Shown here: positions 27,567 to 35,370 of the stretch, one piece after another
How the letters are laid out: each line of letters opens with the position of its first letter
How positions within the stretch are numbered: position 1 is the stretch's first letter
Source of the DNA: a bacterium
GTDB taxonomy: Bacteria > Margulisbacteria > Marinamargulisbacteria > SXXA01 > JAHFDB01
Assembly: GCA_023249285.1 (NCBI GenBank)
Contig: JAHFCZ010000003.1
Span: 1-36,588 of the forward strand
Direction of reading: 5' to 3'
Length of the DNA: 36,588 bases
Translations under genes and position numbers: made by a program
Notes under the pieces: generated by a model
Databases searched by the model: none
The model's input: the letters and a program-made list of their open reading frames with translations, nothing else
Told to the model about the DNA's origin: nothing

Positions 27567-28572
27567 GCTTAAGGAGTTGCTCGTTGTGGAGGGTCTCTTT
27601 GAGTTCGTCCAATGTCAGGGTTGCGGTTCCTAGCTTGCCGACGACAATCCCTGCGGCCTCGTTGGCTAAGTGGGTGGCGGTAGGGAGATCTAGGCCTGCA
27701 GCCATGCCCATGGCCAGGACTGAAATGACGGTGTCTCCGGCGCCGGTGATGTCATACACTTCTTTGGCCTTGGTCGGGACATCGCAGCGGCTTCCGTTTT
27801 TATTAAGAATGGTTGCCCCTTTTTCGGAGCGGGTAATGACCAGCCCGTCCAGTTGCAGTTTTTCGATTAATTTTAAGCCTTCCGTGGTGAGCTGTTCTTC
27901 GGAGGTGATTTTTTGGTGTATGGCCAGCTCAAATTCACTGAAATTGGGGGTCAGCACAGTGGCGTGATGGTATTTTTTATAGTCATCCCCCTTTGGGTCA
28001 ATGACGATCGGAATGTGGTGTGACCGTCCAAATTTAATTAGGGTTTGTAGCAATTTTGGGGTAATCGTGCCCTTCAGATAATCCGAAATCACAATGCCAT
28101 GGAGGTTGCTGGGGAAGAGCTTGAGCTTGTAGAGAAACTGGGATTCGAGGGCTTCGGATAAGGTGCTTACATCCTCACGGTCCACGCGGGCGACTTGTTG
28201 ATGGTGGGCAATGATTCTGGATTTTAGGGTGGTGGGTCGTTCGGGGTCTTTGAGAATGTTGTCGGCTGAGATTTTGGCTTTGTGAAGTTCTTGAATGAGT
28301 TTGTTGCCGGTGCTATCTGCGCCGATGACGCCTAAAAGTTGGGGGTTGCCACCCAGGGTTTTGATATTGTGGGCAACGTTTGCGGCACCGCCTGGGACGA
28401 GCTCAGTACGATTGACCTTACAGATAGGGACGGGTGCTTCAGGCGAAATCCGGGTGACGGTGCACCAGTGAAATTCGTCGAGCATTACATCACCTGCAAC
28501 GAGTAAGTTGAGGCCAGGAAATTTGTCTAAACAGGCGAGATTGTGTGCCGTTGGGGTCGTGGAATCGGTCAT
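27547..28572 (-). CDS. rfaE1: D-glycero-beta-D-manno-heptose 7-phosphate kinase (HldE domain I, PfkB family)
   Basis: Motifs LVAGDVMLDEF, RISPEAPVP, GGAANVAHN and the PfkB C-terminal motif DITGAGDT. The start is taken at ATG 28572 (MTDSTT); the ORF-track start at 28590 is a TTG. Confidence 0.85.
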   Translation of the reverse strand: MTDSTTPTAHNLACLDKFPGLNLLVAGDVMLDEFHWCTVTRISPEAPVPICKVNRTELVPGGAANVAHNIKTLGGNPQLLGVIGADSTGNKLIQELHKAKISADNILKDPERPTTLKSRIIAHHQQVARVDREDVSTLSEALESQFLYKLKLFPSNLHGIVISDYLKGTITPKLLQTLIKFGRSHHIPIVIDPKGDDYKKYHHATVLTPNFSEFELAIHQKITSEEQLTTEGLKLIEKLQLDGLVITRSEKGATILNKNGSRCDVPTKAKEVYDITGAGDTVISVLAMGMAAGLDLPTATHLANEAAGIVVGKLGTATLTLDELKETLHNEQLLKHEPPVS

Positions 28573-28576
28573 GGTG

Positions 28577-28585
28577 TGGTAGTAT
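28577..28585 (+). promoter_or_regulatory. Extended -10 box TGgTAGTAT (plus strand), 8 nt upstream of ATG 28594
   Basis: The sequence tggtagtat-accaactt-ATG was read directly. Its hexamer overlaps the opposite-strand -10 box by 5 nt. Confidence 0.35.
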
Positions 28586-28589
28586 ACCA
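28581..28589 (-). promoter_or_regulatory. Extended -10 box TGgTATACT (minus strand), 8 nt upstream of the rfaE1 ATG
   Basis: The reverse complement of 28581-28589 reads TGGTATACT. It is followed by accacacc and then ATG at 28572. Confidence 0.4.
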
Positions 28590-28593
28590 ACTT

Positions 28594-30969
28594 ATGCGCA
28601 CTTTTATTAGTCGGGTTTTAACGCGGGTTTTCCAGAATTCTTACGGGGCTTCTTTGTATCTGCGATATGCCAGTGCATTGGATAGGCTTCCCGCTAAAAT
28701 TGAACACCAGTCTGGGACCGTTTCAGCCCGTCGGGATATCATGCAAGGGGTTTTGAATAGTGCTGTTATCCCCTTCCACTTAAATCGTATTTGGCCGCAT
28801 TGGGTGTATCGTCAACTGAACCCCCAAAGCCTTCATTACAGCTCCAATGGCCTTCCGTTTTTAGCGGTGAATGCCACCCATCGCAACTGGACTACGCTGA
28901 GTTTTCCTGGGGTTAATGAGCAAGCGATTGTGGATCCGACTGGTCTTTTGACGCCGATTCCTGGGAGTTGGTCGATGGATTTTTGGGTGACACAAGACGA
29001 TCGATTGGTTGCGCCCTCGAAGCTGGCGGATGTTCGGCAGGAATTGATCCAGAATTTGCCAATGGTTCAGACCTCTTTCTCTCTTAAAGAGAGTCTGGAT
29101 GTTTCTTCGGTGGCGTGGTTTACCCCGGATTTGCATTTGCAAGGTTATGTATTTAATCGTGTTACGCTCAAGAATACGAGTTCAGAACCGCTTCAAACTT
29201 CTCTCTTTTTTGCAGTGCGCCCCTATAATCCCGAAGGGATATCACCCGTTTCTGAGATCACTTATTTGAGTGAACAAGGCCTGGTGGTAGATGATCGACT
29301 GGGCATCGTCTTTGATCAACGTCCAGATAATGTCGTGTGTTTGACCTTTGCTGATGGTGATGTGAGCGAGCATTATTCTGAATGGGAGATGATTTTGCAT
29401 GCCCATTGCGGTTCCAAAATGGCCAGTGCCTTTGTCCAATACAAACTATCCTTGGCGCCCGGGGAAGAGAAATCTTTTACGGCCAAGCTACCGACAACCC
29501 CGATTGCCCCTTTGCGAAAATTCTTCCAAAAGACGCTTAAAATTGGACAGCGTGAGGCCTTGCTCCACCGTATTCGTGGGCTACGTTCTATGAATGTTGA
29601 GGAATATCGGGGGCTTTTCGAGGCGACTTGGCAAGATTGCTTTAAATCTTTGGGGCAATTGAGTTTGCCAGATAAAAAATTAGAATCATTACTTACTCAA
29701 AATTTGGCGCATTTGCATTCGTTTGTTGGGGAAGACAAGGTCTATTCTCAAGGTTTTTCGATCCACGAAGCCCCTATTTATGAAAAGATTTATTTGATTC
29801 TGTCGCTGAATCGTTGTGGAGCGAGTGCTGTTGCGCAGAATCTGCTCTCAAAATTGCCCTACTTTAAAAATCATGCGCCGATTCGGTTTTTGAAGGGGGA
29901 GCAAGCGGGCCAGCTCTTGTATGTGCTCAATGATACCTTCCAGTACACCCGTGATTTGGCGTTTTTGGAAACCCATTTTTCACATGTTGAACGCATGGTC
30001 AAGAAATTAAAATCTTATGCGAGTAAATGGTCCCTTCATAAAGGGTTTAGTGACCGTATTTCCCGTTTGTTTCGCGGATTTACTGCACAAGAAGAGTACA
30101 TGTATGGCTATTTTTGGGCGATGGCGGGTTTGAAATCAGCCACCCAAATTGCCGATGCCTTGCATCGTACGGACCGTGCTGCATATTTCCATGGTTTATA
30201 CACCGAAATGGTCAACGCACTTCAGATGCTTTTCTTGTTTTCGATGGGGTCAGTGTCTCGTTCAACCTTTATTCCCGTTTCGACTAAGCGTTTGGTAGAT
30301 TCTGGGCTTGTGATGTCTTTGGTTTCGGTGTACCCGTTGGGGATGATGAGTCCTCATGACGAGCGAGTGGAACGTACGCTAGATTTGCTTGAACAATTCT
30401 TGGTGAATCAAGTGCTATTTACATCGATTGGGCATTCTGGGTTTAATGTGTTTCAAAATTGTCAGTTGGCTCAGGTGTATGCCTTGCGTCAGGACCCGAC
30501 TGCCCACCATATTCTTTCTTGGATTGTGACGCACGTCAGTACAACTGGGACTTGGCCCGAGACCTTGCATCCGATTAGTTTTGGGGGAAGTGGTGGGGAT
30601 GGCCATTCTGGGTTGGCCTGTGCGGAATTTATTCACCTGGTCCGTAATCTTTTAGTTCGCCGAGATGGTGATGTGTTGCATTTTTGCCCCTTTATTCCAC
30701 CGGCTTGGATTGAAGGGGAGGGCGTTGTGGCGCAGCAGTGGCCCACGTCGTTCGGAGTCTGTTCTTTCGGAATGAGACGTGAGGGTAATCAGGTGATTTT
30801 CCGCGTGGAGCCTGAGTTTTCTTTCTCGCCAGTTGAACTTCGGGTATCGTTACCGATCCCATTTAAAGAAGTGAGCGTCGGGGGGCAGACCATGTCAGCG
30901 TCGGCAATGTCGGAGCAAGGCTATATTCGACTCGAGCCCCGTGCCCAAGACGTTATTTTTGTTCTGTAG
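28594..30969 (+). CDS. Large uncharacterised protein: beta-sandwich N-domain plus (alpha/alpha)6 six-hairpin glycosidase-like domain (distant GH15-like)
   Basis: This is the single long open frame. The C-terminal half shows a GH15-like helix-repeat pattern (VDSGLVMSLVSVYPLGMMSPHDERVERTLDLLE, and TGTWPETLHP...GDGHSGLACAEFIHL), followed by a terminal beta-rich tail. The start is uncertain: ATG 28594 or ATG 28741. The ORF-track start at 28543 runs into rfaE1. Confidence 0.6.
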   Translation: MRTFISRVLTRVFQNSYGASLYLRYASALDRLPAKIEHQSGTVSARRDIMQGVLNSAVIPFHLNRIWPHWVYRQLNPQSLHYSSNGLPFLAVNATHRNWTTLSFPGVNEQAIVDPTGLLTPIPGSWSMDFWVTQDDRLVAPSKLADVRQELIQNLPMVQTSFSLKESLDVSSVAWFTPDLHLQGYVFNRVTLKNTSSEPLQTSLFFAVRPYNPEGISPVSEITYLSEQGLVVDDRLGIVFDQRPDNVVCLTFADGDVSEHYSEWEMILHAHCGSKMASAFVQYKLSLAPGEEKSFTAKLPTTPIAPLRKFFQKTLKIGQREALLHRIRGLRSMNVEEYRGLFEATWQDCFKSLGQLSLPDKKLESLLTQNLAHLHSFVGEDKVYSQGFSIHEAPIYEKIYLILSLNRCGASAVAQNLLSKLPYFKNHAPIRFLKGEQAGQLLYVLNDTFQYTRDLAFLETHFSHVERMVKKLKSYASKWSLHKGFSDRISRLFRGFTAQEEYMYGYFWAMAGLKSATQIADALHRTDRAAYFHGLYTEMVNALQMLFLFSMGSVSRSTFIPVSTKRLVDSGLVMSLVSVYPLGMMSPHDERVERTLDLLEQFLVNQVLFTSIGHSGFNVFQNCQLAQVYALRQDPTAHHILSWIVTHVSTTGTWPETLHPISFGGSGGDGHSGLACAEFIHLVRNLLVRRDGDVLHFCPFIPPAWIEGEGVVAQQWPTSFGVCSFGMRREGNQVIFRVEPEFSFSPVELRVSLPIPFKEVSVGGQTMSASAMSEQGYIRLEPRAQDVIFVL

Positions 30970-30971
30970 CA

Positions 30972-32126
30972 ATGTTTTGTGTGCATTCCGGTGAGTGTGG
31001 TGGCTGTCAGAGTATCGAACAGCCGTATTCCGATCAGCTGGTGGCAAAGCAGGCGTATGTGGTCTCGGCGTTGCAGGTTTTAGGATTGCCCCCTGAAAAT
31101 ATCTTTCCTGTTTTGCCTTCGGAATCTTCAGTGTACTACCGTAATAAAATGGAGTTTGCCTTTGCCCGAAAGCCAACCGGGGAGTTGTATTTGGGGTTGA
31201 AACGACGGGGTGTGTTTTGGGATGTGATCCCACTGTCACATTGTTATTTGCAGGATCCTGTGACCCCTTATTTGCTGCAATTTACGTCGGACTATCTTTG
31301 CCCTTCAGGATTGCCTGCTTGGGATTATCGGAAACGTGAAGGTGTCTTCCGGTATTTGATGGTGCGTCAGTCTAAAACCACGGGTCACTTTTTAATATCC
31401 TTGGTGGTGTCAGAGGCTCAGAATATGTCCTTTTTTGAGGGATATGCCGCCGCATTGGTTGCAAAGTTTCCCCAAGTAAAATCTATTGTTCTGACTCTCC
31501 AGCCGACTTCTTCGGATACTGCATTTAGTACAGATATGCGTGTCCTGGTGGGGGAGCCGATTTTGGAGGAACAATTAGGGGCCCTCAAATTTTCTATTTC
31601 GCCGACGGCTTTTTTTCAAACGAATACACGCCAAGCTGCGGTTTTGTACAATGAGATTGTGAAATCCTTAAATCCTGAGCCCGAGGACGTGGTCATGGAT
31701 TTGTATTGTGGGACGGGGACTATCGGGCTTTATGTTGCACCCTATGTCTCTGCGGTGATTGGAGTGGAAGAAAATCCGGCTTCGATTGAAAATGCGATTC
31801 AAAATGCACGGGCTAATGGGATTGCGAATATTACATTTGAGGTTGAAAATGTACGACGGTTTTTGAAGTTTTCAAAACTGCAGGCCACTAAAATGATCGT
31901 GGATCCGCCTCGAGATGGTTTAATCCCGAAAGTGGTTCGACGTGTTATTGAGCGAAAACCAAAGACTTTAGTGTATGTCTCGTGTAACCTCAGTACCTTT
32001 ATCCGTGATGCCAAAATTTTGACTGAAAGTGGGTTTGAAATCTGTGGAGTACAGCCAGTGGATATGTTCCCGAATACGGGGCATATTGAGGTGGTCGCAC
32101 AATTGCGATACAGTGGAGTGCTATGA
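30972..32126 (+). CDS. RNA (uracil-5-)-methyltransferase of the RumA/TrmA family (no TRAM domain)
   Basis: N-terminal Fe-S-type cysteines CVHSGECGGC, FFQTN, SAM motif DLYCGTGTIG, IVDPPRDG and a catalytic Cys in YVSCN. It starts 2 nt after the upstream stop. Confidence 0.85.
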   Translation: MFCVHSGECGGCQSIEQPYSDQLVAKQAYVVSALQVLGLPPENIFPVLPSESSVYYRNKMEFAFARKPTGELYLGLKRRGVFWDVIPLSHCYLQDPVTPYLLQFTSDYLCPSGLPAWDYRKREGVFRYLMVRQSKTTGHFLISLVVSEAQNMSFFEGYAAALVAKFPQVKSIVLTLQPTSSDTAFSTDMRVLVGEPILEEQLGALKFSISPTAFFQTNTRQAAVLYNEIVKSLNPEPEDVVMDLYCGTGTIGLYVAPYVSAVIGVEENPASIENAIQNARANGIANITFEVENVRRFLKFSKLQATKMIVDPPRDGLIPKVVRRVIERKPKTLVYVSCNLSTFIRDAKILTESGFEICGVQPVDMFPNTGHIEVVAQLRYSGVL

Positions 32127-32542
32127 CAATGCATCATTGGTCGAATGACCTTTCTACTGGATTTGGCGCTATTGACCATCAACATCAAGAGCTCTTTGCG
32201 CTTGTGACAATGTTGGATTCGGCTTTGCATTCACCAGATGCACAGACGAAGCGCCATGGGATTGAGAACATGATTCGCTTTTTGGAGCAGTATGTCGAAG
32301 ACCATTTTGCGGACGAGGAAGAAATCATGCTTTCTCATGATTATGTGGGGTACAACGTCCACAAAGATGACCACGAGATTTTTAAGGCTAGGGTTCACAG
32401 TTTGCGCCATGATTTTGACTCGGGCTTGCCTATTTTTAGAGTCATGTTTGCCTTGAGAATGTTTATTGATAAGTTGGTACATCACATTAAGACCATTGAC
32501 ATTGGAATTGCTAAGCTTCACGCAAAAAAGGATGGGAAATGA
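32123..32542 (+). CDS. Bacteriohemerythrin-like protein
   Basis: 139 aa with IDHQHQELF, HFADEE, HKDDH and HHIKTID, which matches the hemerythrin H..H..E..H...H..H...D diiron ligand pattern. ATGA overlap with the upstream gene. Confidence 0.85.
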   Translation: MTMHHWSNDLSTGFGAIDHQHQELFALVTMLDSALHSPDAQTKRHGIENMIRFLEQYVEDHFADEEEIMLSHDYVGYNVHKDDHEIFKARVHSLRHDFDSGLPIFRVMFALRMFIDKLVHHIKTIDIGIAKLHAKKDGK

Positions 32543-32994
32543 GACAGAATCCTCATAAAGTATTTGAGACCTATTTGGCACAGCATGAAGGTCGCTACAC
32601 CAGTCAAAAACGTGTGATTGTGGATACGATTTTTAAAATTAAACATCACTTTGAGGTAGAAGACTTTATTGATACGTTGCGCGCCGATCCGCTTCATAAG
32701 CTGTCTCGAGCGACGGTTTATCGAACGGTGAAGCAGCTTTTGGATGCGGGATTGCTCCAAAAAATCGCGACTCGTGACGGACGTGTTTTTTATGAACGAA
32801 GTGTTCCGGAAAAGCATCATGATCATTTGATTTGTAACTCTTGTGGAAAAATCTTAGAAATTAAGGAAGATGTGATTGAGACTTATCTAGAGCAGGTGTG
32901 CGCCAAGATGGATTTTGCACCTGAATATCGATCACTGCACGTGTATGGACAATGTGGGAAATGTCAGAAAAAAGCCGGTCATTCGACGTCTTAG
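32539..32994 (+). CDS. Fur-family metalloregulator (Fur/Zur/PerR; subtype not assignable)
   Basis: Winged-helix segment SRATVYRTVKQLLDAGLL, HHDHLICNSCG and GQCGKC (two CxxC pairs). ATGA overlap with the hemerythrin stop, and AAGGA lies 7 nt upstream. Confidence 0.88.
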   Translation: MRQNPHKVFETYLAQHEGRYTSQKRVIVDTIFKIKHHFEVEDFIDTLRADPLHKLSRATVYRTVKQLLDAGLLQKIATRDGRVFYERSVPEKHHDHLICNSCGKILEIKEDVIETYLEQVCAKMDFAPEYRSLHVYGQCGKCQKKAGHSTS

Positions 32995-33736
32995 TGACTA
33001 TAAATTAGCCTCGACGCTTCAAAATCAGGTCTGGCAAACACTTAAATCTCGAATCTCATCTCAGAGCCTTGAAATTTCGTCTGTAGTCGATTTGGGCTGT
33101 GGCTCCGGTGTTAACACCTTCGGGCTCCTGGATATGTTCCCAGACGCTCAAATTTTGGGGGTTGACTCTGATGCCCCTATGATGTGTTATTTAAATGATC
33201 AACATGAGGGCTGTCGGTTTGTGGTGGGTGATTTTGGGGAATGGATCGCCCCGGGTCCTGTGGATATGGTGGTGTCGAGCTCAGCCTTGCATTGGGCTTC
33301 AGATCCCGAGGTGGCACTTAAGTGTATTTCAGGGTATTTAGCCGAGGAGGGGAGGGTGTTTTTGGCCATTTTTGGGCCAAAGACGTATTGGGAATTTCAG
33401 GAAATTTGTGATGCGCTCGTGAAGGGTAGGGTAGAGATTCCTGCAAAGCACTTTTTACCGCTTACGGATTGGGAAAGGTTGTTTGAGTTGGATTTTGAGA
33501 TCGTTTGGCGGGATACGTGGGAGGATCTAGCCATATTTGATTCAACCTTAGATATTTTGCGGATGATGCATAAAACCCAAACTCAAGGTCGTGGCCTGGT
33601 GCATTGGGCTCCTGGGCTTCTTCGGGCTTTTGATGCTGCGTATCACGCCCGATTTGGAGGGGTGCGTATCAGCCATGAAATTGGATTTTATGAGTTGAGG
33701 CTTAGGCCCGGCCGTAGTCGTCGGATAAGCGAGTAA
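32945..33736 (+). CDS. Class I SAM-dependent methyltransferase, BioC-like
   Basis: SAM motif I VVDLGCGSGVNT, then ILGVDSDAPMM and SSSALHW. The overall layout resembles malonyl-ACP O-methyltransferase. The start is uncertain (ATG 32915, ATG 32945 or GTG 32954), and every option overlaps the Fur-family gene. Confidence 0.72.
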   Translation: MDNVGNVRKKPVIRRLSDYKLASTLQNQVWQTLKSRISSQSLEISSVVDLGCGSGVNTFGLLDMFPDAQILGVDSDAPMMCYLNDQHEGCRFVVGDFGEWIAPGPVDMVVSSSALHWASDPEVALKCISGYLAEEGRVFLAIFGPKTYWEFQEICDALVKGRVEIPAKHFLPLTDWERLFELDFEIVWRDTWEDLAIFDSTLDILRMMHKTQTQGRGLVHWAPGLLRAFDAAYHARFGGVRISHEIGFYELRLRPGRSRRISE

Positions 33737-34034
33737 TATCGTCTTCGCCGAAATAGGTTCCGCGTTGAATTTCGATAAAAATGAGCGGTTGGCCTTGGGT
33801 ATTGGTGACGCGATGTGCGGCTTGTAGGGGAATGTGTACAATTTCGCCTTCGTGATAGTCTTTGATCTCCCCATCGAGTGTGACCGTGGCAACCCCTTGC
33901 ACAATTGTCCAGAGTTCTTCCCTGTGCTGATGTTTCTGGTAGCTCAATCGTCCCCCAGGGTTTACGATGATGCGCTTGACTTTGCAGTAGGTTTCATCAA
34001 GAAGAACTTCCCATTTTCCCCAAGGTGTGTCCAA
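33702..34034 (-). CDS. Cupin-domain protein of the mannose-6-phosphate isomerase type II C-terminal family
   Basis: Motifs TPWGKWEVL, KVKRIIVNPGGRLSYQKHQHREELW, HRVTN and IEIQRGTYFGEDDITRLSDDYGR. TTG start with AAGGAG 8 nt upstream. Confidence 0.8.
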   Translation of the reverse strand: MDTPWGKWEVLLDETYCKVKRIIVNPGGRLSYQKHQHREELWTIVQGVATVTLDGEIKDYHEGEIVHIPLQAAHRVTNTQGQPLIFIEIQRGTYFGEDDITRLSDDYGRA

Positions 34035-34081
34035 GGTCTAAACTCCTTCAGTGTTAGTTTGATGGTTATCAGCAGGCCTGT

Positions 34082-34110
34082 AGTATACGGTAGCCGCTCT
34101 TCTCTCTCAA
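34082..34110 (-). promoter_or_regulatory. Candidate promoter of the cupin gene (TTGAGA-17 nt-TATACT on the minus strand)
   Basis: The reverse complement reads TTGAGA (34110-34105), a 17-nt spacer and TATACT (34087-34082). This is about 47 nt upstream of the TTG start. Confidence 0.4.
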
Positions 34111-34115
34111 GGTAA

Positions 34116-34131
34116 CATAATATATATTATG
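34116..34131. promoter_or_regulatory. Perfect 16-bp AT-rich palindrome CATAATATATATTATG
   Basis: Read directly and self-complementary over all 16 nt. It lies 5 nt upstream of the predicted cupin -35 and about 40 nt upstream of the predicted -35 of the divergent tat-block promoter. Confidence 0.5.
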
Positions 34132-34171
34132 CGACACTTTTGGTTTTGAGTTATTAGTTATAGCTGGATTG

Positions 34172-34201
34172 TTGTACCGAATTGAAGCCACTTGCTATAC
34201 T
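34172..34201 (+). promoter_or_regulatory. Candidate promoter TTGTAC-18 nt-TATACT with a TGc extended -10, 10 nt upstream of ATG 34212
   Basis: Hexamers at 34172-34177 and 34196-34201, with TG at 34193-34194. This is only valid if the downstream gene starts at ATG 34212 rather than TTG 34182. Confidence 0.35.
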
Positions 34202-34616
34202 GAGCACTAAGATGATTAGACGTATTTTTCTCGTAATTTTAGTGCGATTGCTCGGTTGGTTGGCGCCAAAGCCTCAAGCTCAAGCGAATCCTATTGATCA
34301 GACTTCTGCGCCAATGTCTGATGCAAAGCCAGCTTTAACTGAAAAAATGCTGTTTGACTTGAACCAGATGCCTCTGGATTGTTGTTTGGTTTTGGATTTA
34401 GATGGTCCTGCTGATAAACGGACGTATTTGATACCCTATGATCCGTATTCACCCTTAAGTACTGCTCATTTTTTGCGGCAACGCGGGGTTGGTTATAAGA
34501 TTTTGGGTCTGGAAACCCCTGCGGGTAGCCCAGTGAAGTTTCGCCCCTACGAGCAGCCTGAAACTGCTACGGCTGTTCCGTTTCAATTTCCCTTTCATTT
34601 TATCAGTGTGAACTAA
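34182..34616 (+). CDS. Small exported protein of unknown function with a twin-arginine-like signal peptide
   Basis: The N-terminus reads (MKPLAILSTK)MIRRIFLVILVRLLGWLAPKPQAQA-NP. It has an RRxFL motif, a hydrophobic core and an AQA cleavage-type site. I recognise no family. The start is either TTG 34182 or ATG 34212. Confidence 0.55.
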   Translation: MKPLAILSTKMIRRIFLVILVRLLGWLAPKPQAQANPIDQTSAPMSDAKPALTEKMLFDLNQMPLDCCLVLDLDGPADKRTYLIPYDPYSPLSTAHFLRQRGVGYKILGLETPAGSPVKFRPYEQPETATAVPFQFPFHFISVN

Positions 34617-34617
34617 A

Positions 34618-35370
34618 TTGTCAGCCACCGCCTCCATTATTGATCATATTCGCGAGCTGCGGACCCGGGTGATCCGGTCTTGTTTGGTGGTTTTTGTAGC
34701 CTCCTGCGGCGTGTATTTCTTCTATGATTCTTTAATTGCTGTGCTTTCAGCCCCGCTTTCAGATGTCACCAAACTCACGGGTACAAACAAGCTTTTTTAT
34801 GTCACTACCCTTTTTGAAGGCTTTTGGGTGAAGTTTAAGTTCTCCACCATTGGGGGTGTGATTGTGTCTTTGCCGTTTCATGTGTACCAGTTTTTACGCT
34901 TTGTCTTGCCTGGCCTGAAATCTCGTGAGCAAAAATTGGTTCGCTATTCCTTGATTGCGAGCACGGCGTTGTCGTTTGTGAGCCTCTACCTGTGTTATTA
35001 CATTGTCCTCCCCTCTTCCACCCAGTTCTTGATGAGTGCTGATTTCATCCCGAAAAATGTAGGGGTGATGCTTAAATTTAGCCAAAATCTGGAGTATGTT
35101 TTCCACTTTTTGCTCTACACGATGATTGTGTTTCAGTTTCCGATTGTGCTGGAGATCTTGCTTTATCTTAACGTGATTACACGAAAGATGTTGTTGACCT
35201 ATGCCCGATTTGTGATTGTTTTGATCTTTATTATCGCGGCCTTTATTACAGCTGGGGCGGATGTGATTTCTCAGATTGGGATTGCGGTGCCCCTCACTAT
35301 TTTGTTTTATTTAACGATTTTGGTGGCTAAAATTTTTGGCTGGGGAGAGGCGATCGATGTTCGGTATTAA
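34618..35370 (+). CDS. tatC: Twin-arginine translocase subunit TatC
   Basis: 250 aa with six hydrophobic segments. The N-terminal IDHIRELRTRVIRS matches the TatC HLxELRxRL motif. TTG start 1 nt after the upstream stop. Confidence 0.87.
   Translation: MSATASIIDHIRELRTRVIRSCLVVFVASCGVYFFYDSLIAVLSAPLSDVTKLTGTNKLFYVTTLFEGFWVKFKFSTIGGVIVSLPFHVYQFLRFVLPGLKSREQKLVRYSLIASTALSFVSLYLCYYIVLPSSTQFLMSADFIPKNVGVMLKFSQNLEYVFHFLLYTMIVFQFPIVLEILLYLNVITRKMLLTYARFVIVLIFIIAAFITAGADVISQIGIAVPLTILFYLTILVAKIFGWGEAIDVRY

Noticed and set aside
28543-28593. ORF-track N-terminal extension of the 808-aa protein (MCRWGRGIGHGVVVYQL)
   Set aside because: It lies entirely inside the opposite-strand rfaE1 coding region, and its translation is an implausible Gly/Val/Arg string. 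I prefer an ATG at 28594 or later.
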